Below are positions 38,682 to 47,680 of a stretch of 64,000 bases of DNA, piece after piece. The translations under genes and the position numbers were made by a program. Positions within the stretch are counted from its first letter, which is position 1, and the number at the start of each line of letters is the position of its first letter. The notes beneath the pieces are model-generated. The model was not told the origin of the DNA and did not search any database. It was given only the letters and a program-made list of their open reading frames with translations. The DNA lies in assembly GCA_900766585.1 (NCBI GenBank), contig CAAFVV010000030.1, positions 78,980-142,979 on the forward strand, written 5' to 3'. Origin of the DNA: Clostridia bacterium (GTDB taxonomy: Bacteria > Bacillota > Clostridia > Oscillospirales > Acutalibacteraceae).

Positions 38682-40319
38682 TTATTTCACTTCGAGAGAG
38701 ATTCCCTTTTGTCTGCTGTCACGGATAAAGGCGGCGAGCGGATCATCCCCCGTCGGTACCGCCGCGCCGCTGCGCGGCAAACCGACACGGTAGCTTTGTC
38801 CGGTCACGGAACGGATTGCGGTCTGGAGCGCGCGTTTGTTGTCTGCCGTCTGCACCAGCTCACGGAACAGCGCCGCATTCGGCGTGTCGATCAGCAGCTT
38901 GTTTTCCGCCGAACGACACAGGGCACGGGAGCCTGCCAGCACACCGAACAGCGGTGGACAAGTGTCGCGCAGCTTTTCGAGTACATCCGCCCACGCGGCA
39001 AACGGCTCCTCCACGCTCCCCTCCTGCACGGGAAGGGGCGGCACCTCCTGCGGAATCGGTTCCTCATTTCCCGCCGGCTCCTCCGCCCGCTCCGGCGGCA
39101 CAGCCGGTGCAGCGGCAGGCGAAGAAGCCGGTGCAGATGCCGCTGCCATTGCCGTCGGTGCGGCGGGAAGCCCGGCGCGGAAAGCGTCCTCAAGCGCCGC
39201 GACCCGGCGCAGCAGACTCTCCGCCCCCGTGTCCAGAGCGGGCGTACACAGACGGATCAGCGCCATCTCCATCTCCACCCGGCGCGAAACGCCGCTGCGG
39301 ATGCGGTCCAGCGTCGACTGCAGCGCAGTCAGCGTGTGCAGTATCGCCGTCAAATCCCACTGCGCCGCTTCCTGTGTAAGCCGTTTGATCTCCGCCGGAG
39401 CGGCAACGATCAGCTCCTCGGGCTTCGGAACGCATTTCACGATCATCAGGCTGCGGAAAAAGTCGATCAGCTCGGTACAGAGCCGCTCCATATCCTTAGA
39501 CGCGTTGTGAAGCCGGTCGATCCATTCGAGTGCGTCCGCACTGCTTTGCCCGCGGATCGCCTGCGCGAGCGCATAAAGCGGGTCACGCCCTGCCATGCCG
39601 GTCGCCTCGGATACCACATCGGCGTCGACCGCGCGGGAGCGGGACAGGCACTGATCGAGAAGCGACAGCGCATCGCGCAGCGCGCCGTCGGCAAGCCGCG
39701 CCAGCAAAAGCGCCGCCTCGTCCGTCAGGGTAAACTGCTCCTCTTTGGCGATGACCTGCATGCGGGCGGCGATATCCTCAGGCGGGATCCGCCCGAAATC
39801 GAAGCGCTGACAGCGGGACAGGATCGTCGCGGGCAGCTTGTGTACCTCGGTCGTCGCCAGAATAAAGATCACATAGGCAGGCGGTTCCTCAAGCGTTTTC
39901 AGCAGAGCGTTGAACGCGCTCGGCGACAGCTCGTGCACCTCGTCAATGATATACACGCGGTACTTGGCGGAAACGGGGGTAAAGCCCACTTCCTCGCGCA
40001 GCTCACGGATGCTGTCCACGCCGTTGTTGGCGGCGGCGTCGATCTCGGTCACGTCCACGGCGGCGCCGCTGTCCACGGCGCGGCACATCTCGCAGGTGTT
40101 GCACGGCTCGCCGTCAATCGGCGACAGGCAGTTGACGGCTTTTGCCAGGATTTTCGCACAGGTCGTTTTACCGGTGCCGCGCGACCCGGTAAACAGATAG
40201 GCGTGCGCCAAATGCCCGGTTTTCAACTCATTTTTCAGCGCCGCCGTCACCGTCGGCTGACCGTAGACCTCCTCAAATGTGCGGGGACGCCATTTACGGT
40301 ATAACACCTGATATGCCAT
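38682..40319 (-). CDS. dnaX: DNA polymerase III subunit gamma/tau
   Basis: MAYQVLYRKWRP..GSRGTGKTTCAKILAKAVNC. Start at the internal ATG with GGAGGG RBS. Pro/Ala-rich linker. Confidence 0.9.
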   Translation of the reverse strand: MAYQVLYRKWRPRTFEEVYGQPTVTAALKNELKTGHLAHAYLFTGSRGTGKTTCAKILAKAVNCLSPIDGEPCNTCEMCRAVDSGAAVDVTEIDAAANNGVDSIRELREEVGFTPVSAKYRVYIIDEVHELSPSAFNALLKTLEEPPAYVIFILATTEVHKLPATILSRCQRFDFGRIPPEDIAARMQVIAKEEQFTLTDEAALLLARLADGALRDALSLLDQCLSRSRAVDADVVSEATGMAGRDPLYALAQAIRGQSSADALEWIDRLHNASKDMERLCTELIDFFRSLMIVKCVPKPEELIVAAPAEIKRLTQEAAQWDLTAILHTLTALQSTLDRIRSGVSRRVEMEMALIRLCTPALDTGAESLLRRVAALEDAFRAGLPAAPTAMAAASAPASSPAAAPAVPPERAEEPAGNEEPIPQEVPPLPVQEGSVEEPFAAWADVLEKLRDTCPPLFGVLAGSRALCRSAENKLLIDTPNAALFRELVQTADNKRALQTAIRSVTGQSYRVGLPRSGAAVPTGDDPLAAFIRDSRQKGISLEVK

Positions 40320-40340
40320 TTCGTCCCTCCTGCTTCTGTC

Positions 40341-40511
40341 AAAAAAGCACCCTGTTCCTTCGGGCATACGGGCGGACAGGCACACCTGCGGCACACGGGA
40401 AACATCTGCTTAATGCTGCTCGGTTCCCCGCCTGACATGGTTCACAGCGTCCCGTCGCACAGGACCCACCCGCCCGTATGCCCCAAAGCACAGGGTGTTT
40501 CATACGGTACT
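40341..40511 (-). ncRNA. ffs: signal recognition particle RNA (small SRP RNA, ffs/scRNA)
   Basis: Minus-strand extended hairpin ggggcauacgggcgg...ccgcccguaugcccc. Apical helix-8 motif GUCAGGcggGGAAccGAGCAGC matches the SRP domain IV consensus. U-run terminator. Own TTGACT-17-TATACT promoter at 40518..40546. Canonical position upstream of dnaX. Confidence 0.7.
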
Positions 40512-40629
40512 CTGTCTAGTATACACGATTTTTCCTTTAAAGTCAACTGTTCGGCGCGGTTTTTCCGATTTTCTCTCATATACACCCCCGTTTTTCCGTA
40601 TGATGGCAGTAAAAAAGGGGGAAGATCAC

Positions 40630-41508
40630 ATGATCAGGCTGATATTTTTTTCCCGCAGGACTGCTCTACGGGCGGCAATTCTTGCTGCCGCCCTGCTTCT
40701 CCTGCTCATTTCCGTTCCGATCGTGACAGCAGTCGTCGGACCCGCCAAGCCGGATACCTCCGTTACGCTCCCGGTCATCATGTATCACGGTCTGCACCCG
40801 CAAAAATCACGCCAGAACCGCTATGTGATCGCTCCCGAACGCTTTGCCGCGGATCTTGACTGGCTCAGAGAAAACGGCTACACGACCGTCACGGTCGCGG
40901 ACGTGATCGACTATGTGCACAAGCGCCGCGCACTGCCCGCAAAGCCGATCATGCTCACCTTCGACGACGGGTATCTAAACAACCACGTCTACGGCACACC
41001 GCTGCTGAAGGAAGCCGGGTGCCGCGCCGTATTTTCGCCGATCTGCGCGGAGACCGTGCGCTACTCGTCGCTGCCCGACCGCGACCCTGCCTATGCACAG
41101 GTGCAGTGGGACGACCTGCGTGACATGGTGGCGTCGGGGTGCTGGGAGATCCAGAATCACACCTACGCCATGCACGCGCTGCATCCGCGGCGCGGGTCGG
41201 CACGCCGCGCAGACGAGACGGCATCGGCGTATAAAACGGCGCTGACCGAGGATGTAGAGCGCGCGCAGGCTCTGTTTTTGCAGGAGCTGGGATTTTCCCC
41301 CACCGCCTTTTTCTACCCGTTCGGCGCCATCGGTGAGGGAGAGCCGGAGCTTTTGCGCGAAATGGGCTTTCAGGCACTGTTCACCTGTACCGAGCAGAAA
41401 AATCAGCTGACGGAGGACCCGGAGTGCCTGTATGCGCTCGGACGGTATCTGCGCCCGCCCGATCAGTCATCCGCGCAATTCTTCACCAAAACGGTGGGAC
41501 TGGCATAA
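40630..41508 (+). CDS. polysaccharide deacetylase (NodB-homology domain, PdaA-like)
   Basis: Signal/TM. VIMYHGL and LTFDDGY catalytic motif regions. Start at the ATG with AAGGGGGAAG RBS. Confidence 0.75.
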   Translation: MIRLIFFSRRTALRAAILAAALLLLLISVPIVTAVVGPAKPDTSVTLPVIMYHGLHPQKSRQNRYVIAPERFAADLDWLRENGYTTVTVADVIDYVHKRRALPAKPIMLTFDDGYLNNHVYGTPLLKEAGCRAVFSPICAETVRYSSLPDRDPAYAQVQWDDLRDMVASGCWEIQNHTYAMHALHPRRGSARRADETASAYKTALTEDVERAQALFLQELGFSPTAFFYPFGAIGEGEPELLREMGFQALFTCTEQKNQLTEDPECLYALGRYLRPPDQSSAQFFTKTVGLA

Positions 41509-41534
41509 GCTGTCTGTAAAAGGAGCTGATAGCT

Positions 41535-42272
41535 ATGCCCACACTGTACCTCAGCCCCTCTACACAGGAGGGGAATCCCGTCGTCATCGGCGGGACAGAG
41601 GAAGAATATATGAACCGCATCGCCGATGCCATGGAGCCGTATCTGGTGTCCAACGGCATTGTATTCCGCCGCAACAACCGCAACGAAAGTCTCGGGCAGG
41701 CGATCCGGGATTCCAATGCCGGCAATTACGACTTACATTTTGCCCTGCATTCCAATGCCGCACCGCCGACAAACTCCGGCAATGTCAAGGGCGCTGATTT
41801 TTACTATTACGCCCCCAGCACAAAAGGGCGCGAGGCGGCGACGATACTCGCGGAAAATTACAAGCGGATCTATCCCTATCCCGAACTTTCACGCCCCATC
41901 GCCACCACCTCGCTCGTTGAGGTGCGCACCACACGCGCCCCCGCCGTTTTGGCGGAACTTGCCTATCACGACAATGTCGAGGAGGCGACCTGGCTGCGGG
42001 ATAACCCCGAGGCGATCGCCCGCAATCTGGTCATCGGACTGACGGAATATTTTCAGATCCCGTTTGTCGAGGCACAGACACCGGTGCCGGGAATCGTGCG
42101 GCTGCGCTCCGGCACACTGAATCTGCGCGCACTGCCCAATACGCAGGCCGAGATCATCGCGTCGATCCCGAACGGCGCCGAGATCACGGTGCTGGGGCAG
42201 TGGGGCAACTGGTATGTCGCGCGCTACGGCGACAATGTCGGCTACGCCCACTCTGCTTATATTGCCATATAA
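41535..42272 (+). CDS. N-acetylmuramoyl-L-alanine amidase (Amidase_3, CwlD-like) with C-terminal bacterial SH3 domain
   Basis: LHFALHSNAAP ... VLAELAYHDNVEEATWL (Zn ligands H/E/H pattern). C-terminal GIVRLRSGTLNLRALP..WYVARYGDNVGYAHSAYI SH3b. Confidence 0.6.
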   Translation: MPTLYLSPSTQEGNPVVIGGTEEEYMNRIADAMEPYLVSNGIVFRRNNRNESLGQAIRDSNAGNYDLHFALHSNAAPPTNSGNVKGADFYYYAPSTKGREAATILAENYKRIYPYPELSRPIATTSLVEVRTTRAPAVLAELAYHDNVEEATWLRDNPEAIARNLVIGLTEYFQIPFVEAQTPVPGIVRLRSGTLNLRALPNTQAEIIASIPNGAEITVLGQWGNWYVARYGDNVGYAHSAYIAI

Positions 42273-42331
42273 AAGCCGGCGCCCGCAGTTCCTGATACGG
42301 ACTGCGGGCGCCGGTATAATACCCGAAAGAT

Positions 42332-43240
42332 TCATTCCGCTGTCCCGGAGGCGGAACGCAGAGACGCCATATAGGCGCGCGGAGAATGACCGGTATACTC
42401 CTTGAACAGGCGTGAAAAATACAGGGGATCACGGTAACCGCACCGAAGCGCAATACTCTGCACCTCCGTTTCCCCCTGTTCCATCAGCGTACAGGCATTG
42501 CGGATCCGCACCGTGTTCAGATAGCGGGAAAACCCGATCTTATAGGTGTGTTTAAACACGGTGGATACATATTTCGGATGATAGCCGCAGGCTTGCCCGA
42601 CCGATTCCAGTGATATTTCGGGCTTGAAAAAGAACTGATCAATATGCTGCTTGATCAGCAGAGCGGCGCCGTCGCCGGACGGGCGGACAGGCCCTGACAG
42701 CAGACGGCGCTCGCCCAACGCGGAAAAGCTGTATAAAAGCGTGCTTTCCACCCGCAGAGCCGCCGCCACGCCGTCTGCCTCAAGATTGCGGCACCACAGA
42801 TCGAACAGCCCGAAAAAGCCGGAAAAAACGCAGTCCGTTCCCGTGATATGCATCGTTTCCATCACGGCGTTGGCGCGGCTGCCCAAAAAGCTGATATACA
42901 TATACTGAAAGCCGTCGTCGGAGCAGATCGCCGCCGGAACGGACGGCAGCGTAAAAAATAGATCCCCCTCGACAAGCGGGGCCTCCCGTCCGGTAAGGCA
43001 GAGCCGCCCCGTACCGTGCAGCACCAGATGCATCCGGTAAACAGAGGGGATCTTCAGCTCACGGCTTGTCTGCGGCAGCGTCTCCAGCACGCAGTTGAAC
43101 AGTTCGAGATCCCCTACGTTTTGGTTATGCGTAAAAAAACGGCACACATTTTTGCTCAAAAAAATCCGCCTCCCTGTCTCCTGCTCCCAGTTTTCTATTG
43201 TACTAGGGCGACAGAAATCTGTCAACATCCACCTTACCAT
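42332..43240 (-). CDS. AraC-family transcriptional regulator (cupin sensor + dual HTH)
   Basis: C-terminal HTH_AraC: CGYHPKYVSTVFKHTYKIGFSRYLNTVRI ... GYRDPLYFSRLFKEYTGHSP. Confidence 0.8.
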   Translation of the reverse strand: MVRWMLTDFCRPSTIENWEQETGRRIFLSKNVCRFFTHNQNVGDLELFNCVLETLPQTSRELKIPSVYRMHLVLHGTGRLCLTGREAPLVEGDLFFTLPSVPAAICSDDGFQYMYISFLGSRANAVMETMHITGTDCVFSGFFGLFDLWCRNLEADGVAAALRVESTLLYSFSALGERRLLSGPVRPSGDGAALLIKQHIDQFFFKPEISLESVGQACGYHPKYVSTVFKHTYKIGFSRYLNTVRIRNACTLMEQGETEVQSIALRCGYRDPLYFSRLFKEYTGHSPRAYMASLRSASGTAE

Positions 43241-43340
43241 TATCCCTATTTTTGTGGATTTGCTCCATTTTCCCTATTTTGGAATTGTGGTATACTACGT
43301 TTGCAAAGCTCCCGTTTCGGGCAAGGAAAGGATGGGCAAT

Positions 43341-44579
43341 ATGAAAAAAATACGAATCGGTGTGGTCGGTGTCGGCCGCGGCAACAGCATGATGGACTAC
43401 TGTGCACAGTCGGACAACGCCGAGCTGGTGGCGATCTGCGACAACTGGGCAGAGGGGCTTGCGGCACAGAAGGAAAAGCACAAGGACGAGGCTATCACCT
43501 TTTATTCCGATTACGATGAATTCCTGCAGCACGATATGGATGGCGTTGTTCTCGCCAATTTTGCCAATGAGCACGCACCGTTTGCCATCCGCGCCATGCG
43601 GGCAGGCAAGCATGTGTTTTCCGAGGTCTTGCCGGTGCAGACGATGAAAGAGGCGGTTGAGCTTGTCGAGGCAGTCGAGGAGACCGGTATGATCTACGCC
43701 TACGGCGAAAACTACTGCTATATGCCCGCCCCCTACGAGATGCGGCGCCTCTATCGCGAGGGAAAGCTCGGCGAGCTGGAATACGCCGAGGGCGAGTATA
43801 TCCACAACTGCGAGCCTAACTGGGCATGCCTGACCCGCGGCGAGGAGACGCACTGGCGCAACACCATGTACTCAACGTTTTACTGCACACACTCCTTCGG
43901 TCCTATCCGGCACATTACCGGTCTGCGCCCCGTTTCCGTCATCGGCTTTGAGGGAACACAGACAGCGCGGAATCTGCGCGTCGGGTCAAAATCCGGGCAG
44001 TTCGGCATCGAGATGGTGACGCTGGAAAACGGCGCTATCGTCAAGAGCATTCACGGCGGACTGTACCGCAATTCCATCTGGTATACGCTTTACGGTGCAA
44101 AGGGGCGTGCGGAATCCGCGCGCGAGGATACCGGCCTCGGTGATGTGTCCCGCATCTACGTCTATGCGGATGAATTTGACGGACAGTACGCGGATATCCG
44201 CGCGGAAAGCTACGAGCCGGAGCAGACAAAGCTCGAAGCCGCACACGCCTTCGGCCACGGCGGATCGGATTATTTCACGATGAATCACTTTGTCCGCAGG
44301 CTGCTCGGGGATGAAACGGCGGATATTATCGACGTCTATGAGGCGCTTGATATGTTTCTGCCCGGTCTCTTTGCCTATCGCTCCATTCTGGCAGGCGGGA
44401 AACCGATGGCTATCCCCGATCTGCGGAATAAAGCCGTACGCGACGCCTATCGCAGCGACACCGCCTGCACGGATCCTGATGCAGCGGGAGAGCAATTGCT
44501 GCCCACCTCCGTGCGCGGTACGCCGAAAATCGAAGCAGATGTCTACGCCCGCATGAAGCGGATCTGGGAGGAGCGATAA
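43341..44579 (+). CDS. Gfo/Idh/MocA-family NAD(P)-dependent oxidoreductase
   Basis: N-terminal Rossmann KIRIGVVGVGRG. 412 aa. Divergent from the AraC regulator. Confidence 0.75.
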   Translation: MKKIRIGVVGVGRGNSMMDYCAQSDNAELVAICDNWAEGLAAQKEKHKDEAITFYSDYDEFLQHDMDGVVLANFANEHAPFAIRAMRAGKHVFSEVLPVQTMKEAVELVEAVEETGMIYAYGENYCYMPAPYEMRRLYREGKLGELEYAEGEYIHNCEPNWACLTRGEETHWRNTMYSTFYCTHSFGPIRHITGLRPVSVIGFEGTQTARNLRVGSKSGQFGIEMVTLENGAIVKSIHGGLYRNSIWYTLYGAKGRAESAREDTGLGDVSRIYVYADEFDGQYADIRAESYEPEQTKLEAAHAFGHGGSDYFTMNHFVRRLLGDETADIIDVYEALDMFLPGLFAYRSILAGGKPMAIPDLRNKAVRDAYRSDTACTDPDAAGEQLLPTSVRGTPKIEADVYARMKRIWEER

Positions 44580-44600
44580 ACAAACACAGCGTGACCGCGC

Positions 44601-44629
44601 TTGACTTTTCGGCGAACAGATGCTATACT
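44601..44629 (+). promoter_or_regulatory. sigma-A promoter TTGACT-17-TATACT driving rnpB
   Basis: Hexamers 7 nt upstream of the RNase P RNA P1 helix. Confidence 0.5.
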
Positions 44630-44633
44630 AACC

Positions 44634-44972
44634 CTGCGAGTGAGCCGGACAGCCGCGTGCGCCCTTGCGGCGTATGAGGAAAGTCCGAGCATCACAGGGC
44701 GGGATAACGGCTAACGGCCGCCGGGGGCGACCCTAGGGAAAGTGCAACAGAGATATACCGCCGCTTTATGCGGTAAGGGTGGAAAGGCGAGGTAAGAGCT
44801 CACCGGCGCGCAGGAGACTGCGCGGCCCTGCAAACCCTATCCGATGCAACGCCGACTGGAGCGATACATTGGCCCGATGTGCTCCGAAAGGCGGCTTGAG
44901 CCGTCTGGCAACAGACGGTCGAGACAGATGGTTGTCCAAGACAGAACTCGGCTTACAGACTCACTCGCTTTA
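44634..44972 (+). ncRNA. rnpB: RNase P RNA (bacterial, M1 RNA)
   Basis: P1 pairing gcgagugag / cucacucgc. Universally conserved GGAAAGUCCGAGC (P4). GGGUGGAAAGGCGAGGUAAGAGCUCACC. 3' ACAGAACUCGGCUUACAG. Confidence 0.88.
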
Positions 44973-44981
44973 TTTAACGGC

Positions 44982-45022
44982 AAAACCGCCCCACAGCTTA
45001 ACTGACTGCGGGGCGGTTTTTT
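44982..45022. terminator. bidirectional Rho-independent terminator between rnpB and the convergent GH78 gene
   Basis: aaaaccgcccc-(loop)-ggggcgguuuuuu. Confidence 0.6.
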
Positions 45023-45033
45023 GGTATCCTTTT

Positions 45034-47049
45034 TTACGCAAACAGTGCCTCGCGGTCAATATCCGCCAAAAAGACGACAGCATCGCTCAGCGTCAGATGG
45101 AACAGCGAGGTATTGCACTTGGTGTCCTTTCCCCACCCCTCAAACGTGGTGGTTCCGCCCTCGCGCAGAATGCGCAGCCACGCCCCCTCGTCACAAAGGC
45201 AGTCGTGTACCATATCCTCACGCCCGTGCCGCACCAATCCGCACAAAAGCGGGAACGAGCCGAACATGGATACCGCCGTGATCCCCCGCTCGGCGATCCA
45301 GGCAATGATGCGGTCAGCGCATGCCTCGTCAGGACAGAGCCGGAAAGCAAACGCCAGCACGTTGCCGATATAGCTTGTATGCACTGTTTTGCGGCTGTCT
45401 CTGAACAGATGGCGCTTTTTATCGTAAAACGCCGCCGTAAAGGCATCGACCAGCGGTTTTTCGTCACGGTAGGGCGCAAGCTCCAGCGCCTGCGCCATGC
45501 GGTTGGCGCAGCGCACGCCCTCGATATAGTAGGCGTTGATCGCGACATGTGCCTCATGGCAGACCTGCCCCTCGCGAATATCCACATCATAGCCGTCGCG
45601 GAAATTTTCGGGCCACTCGACTACACACCACTTATCCAGCTCGCAGAGCAGCCTGTCCCTTTCATATTGCACGCGATAATGGTTCAAAAGGCGGCAGACG
45701 CCGGGGTAATTCTGCGCGAGATAGGCACGGTCACCGGTCAGCCGGTAATGCCACAGGATCAGCGAGATCAGCATCAGCGGGTATTCGGCGATCTCCTGCA
45801 TCATGGAGCAGTCAAGGCAGGTCACCATGCCGGGATCAATAAATGTGGAGGCAAAGGCATCGTCGATCAGCTTGCGCACGATAGAATCATCGCCGGTCAG
45901 CAGCATATTGGCAAGCGCCGTATAGCACCCGTCCCCGACATAGAAGCCCTTTTCCCGCTCCATGCAGTCCTGAATGACCTCCTGCACGCCGTAATGCTGC
46001 GAGCGCACGCAAAGCTCCCAGATGCGGCGCAGCGGCTCCTCCCCGACATAGGCAGGCAGCATATGCGCGGAAAGAGAAAACGGGTAGTGGCGTGCGGACA
46101 GCTCGACGCTTTGGATCACGCAGCCCTCCGGCAGCAAAAGCTCAGCATAGCGGAAGGATTTATAGTCAAACCAGTCAAGCGTATCCGCATTTCCCGAGAG
46201 GAGCCACGGCTCCTCATATACGCAGTTGGCACGCAGGCGATAGCGCACCGTGCCGTCAGCGTTCAGCTCCTGCCCGCACCGCACGGTCACGCAGCTGCCC
46301 GCCTGTCCGATCGCGCTTACCTGCAGATAGCCGACATAGGTGCTGCCGAAATCCAAAAACAGGGTATCTCCGCGCCGCTCGGTTTTAACCGGTTTTACGG
46401 TATCAAACACCAGCGCCGCCGTCGGCTGCGGCACAACGCGGTAGTCCGTATGTGCGCGGCGGCAGGCAGGCGTCCAGCCGCTGTCGTCAAAGGACGGCGC
46501 GAAAAAATCGACCTCGGGCGCGGCAGAATCGTAGGACTCCATAAACTGCGTCGCATATCCGACGGTGCCGCACTCGGCATAGGCGGTATGGCGGTGCGTC
46601 AAAAACCGCTCGTCGCTCCCCCACACCGTTTCACCGTCCAGCACAAGGTCACAAAGCAGACCGTGGCGGTTGTCACCGCTGACCCAGACGCGGTTGATCA
46701 GCCCCTGATAAAGCGTATGTACCGCCAGTACATTTTCGCCGGTATGCAGCTGACCGGTAATATCCACAACAAGATAGCCGAGCCGATCGGGATACGCCGG
46801 TGCGGGTCCCTGAGAGACAAAGCCACCGTTGACATAGGCCTTGTAGTAGTCGTCCGCCGTAATGTACAGCAGCGCCGACTGCGGCAGGCGGTTGAGCGTA
46901 AAATGCCGCCGAAACAGAATATGGCGGTCACGATGCTCGTCGCAGGGCAGATCCACTCGCTGAAGCTGGCGGTGAAACACCTGCCGCGGCGCAAGCTCTG
47001 CAAATTCCTCGTTTGTGATCCACACGCCGGAAAAAACATGGTCTTTCAT
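45034..47049 (-). CDS. glycoside hydrolase family 78-like (alpha-L-rhamnosidase-like)
   Basis: N-domain pattern LLYITADDYYKAYVNGGFVSQGP..YLVVDITGQLHTGENVLAV resembles Bac_rhamnosid_N, followed by a six-hairpin glycosidase-like region. Start at the internal ATG with GAAGGAG RBS. Confidence 0.5.
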   Translation of the reverse strand: MKDHVFSGVWITNEEFAELAPRQVFHRQLQRVDLPCDEHRDRHILFRRHFTLNRLPQSALLYITADDYYKAYVNGGFVSQGPAPAYPDRLGYLVVDITGQLHTGENVLAVHTLYQGLINRVWVSGDNRHGLLCDLVLDGETVWGSDERFLTHRHTAYAECGTVGYATQFMESYDSAAPEVDFFAPSFDDSGWTPACRRAHTDYRVVPQPTAALVFDTVKPVKTERRGDTLFLDFGSTYVGYLQVSAIGQAGSCVTVRCGQELNADGTVRYRLRANCVYEEPWLLSGNADTLDWFDYKSFRYAELLLPEGCVIQSVELSARHYPFSLSAHMLPAYVGEEPLRRIWELCVRSQHYGVQEVIQDCMEREKGFYVGDGCYTALANMLLTGDDSIVRKLIDDAFASTFIDPGMVTCLDCSMMQEIAEYPLMLISLILWHYRLTGDRAYLAQNYPGVCRLLNHYRVQYERDRLLCELDKWCVVEWPENFRDGYDVDIREGQVCHEAHVAINAYYIEGVRCANRMAQALELAPYRDEKPLVDAFTAAFYDKKRHLFRDSRKTVHTSYIGNVLAFAFRLCPDEACADRIIAWIAERGITAVSMFGSFPLLCGLVRHGREDMVHDCLCDEGAWLRILREGGTTTFEGWGKDTKCNTSLFHLTLSDAVVFLADIDREALFA

Positions 47050-47054
47050 ACAGC

Positions 47055-47570
47055 TTATACTCCTTCTGTATACCGTCTGATCTCTTGATATGCCTCGGTC
47101 AGACGGGAAAATGAACAGCGGGCATTGGCGGGACTGGTGCTCGGCAGCAAAATGGCTGGCTGCTGCGTTTTCGGTGCGCATAGCTTTGTGTAAAGTTGAT
47201 AAGCTTTACAACCTGTGGTAAATATCGCCCGCACTGCCGTTTGGCTCAGCAGCACGTCGATCGGATTCGGCACGGGGTCGAGAATGGTGCTGTCCGCAGC
47301 CCCCGCGATGCGGCAGCTTTTCAGCACATCCCATAGCGCTATGTCATGCCGATTCAGAAAAGCGCGGCGCGCTTCCTCTGTCTCCGGTGTGCCCTCTCCG
47401 TACACTGCCGCCATCACACGCCAGAAGCGGTTTTGGGGATGGGCATAGTAAAAGCCCGCCTGTCTTGACCGCGGAGACGGCATTGTGCCGAGAATCAGCA
47501 CACGGCTTTGGGGGGTATAGACCGGCGGGAGCAGGTGGATAACGGTTTCGGCTGCTGACAATGCGCTCAC
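47055..47570 (-). CDS. uracil-DNA glycosylase superfamily protein (DNA-deoxyinosine/hypoxanthine glycosylase-like)
   Basis: RVLILGTMPSPRSRQAGFYYAHPQNRFW motif. 171 aa. GTG start. Confidence 0.6.
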   Translation of the reverse strand: MSALSAAETVIHLLPPVYTPQSRVLILGTMPSPRSRQAGFYYAHPQNRFWRVMAAVYGEGTPETEEARRAFLNRHDIALWDVLKSCRIAGAADSTILDPVPNPIDVLLSQTAVRAIFTTGCKAYQLYTKLCAPKTQQPAILLPSTSPANARCSFSRLTEAYQEIRRYTEGV

Positions 47571-47680
47571 CTCTTTTTTCAGTATAGCATACTTTATTCT
47601 TCTTCACAACCGTTTTTTCGTTTTTGGCATAGACGGTCGGACAAATGCGTATAGTGTTATCGATCAAAAAGGAAAGGTGT

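Noticed and set aside
38709-40304. 531-aa plus-strand ORF (and nested 38816..39379, 38836..39510 ORFs)
   Set aside because: Antisense or alternate frame of dnaX.
40247-40859. Two overlapping hypothetical ORFs (40247..40438 minus, 40413..40859 plus)
   Set aside because: They cover the SRP RNA hairpin and its promoter. The deacetylase gene is better started at 40630 with a proper RBS.
44779-47088. 769-aa plus-strand ORF
   Set aside because: Overlaps the RNase P RNA and is antisense to the GH78-like gene. Arg/Ala/Gly-rich translation typical of out-of-frame high-GC sequence.
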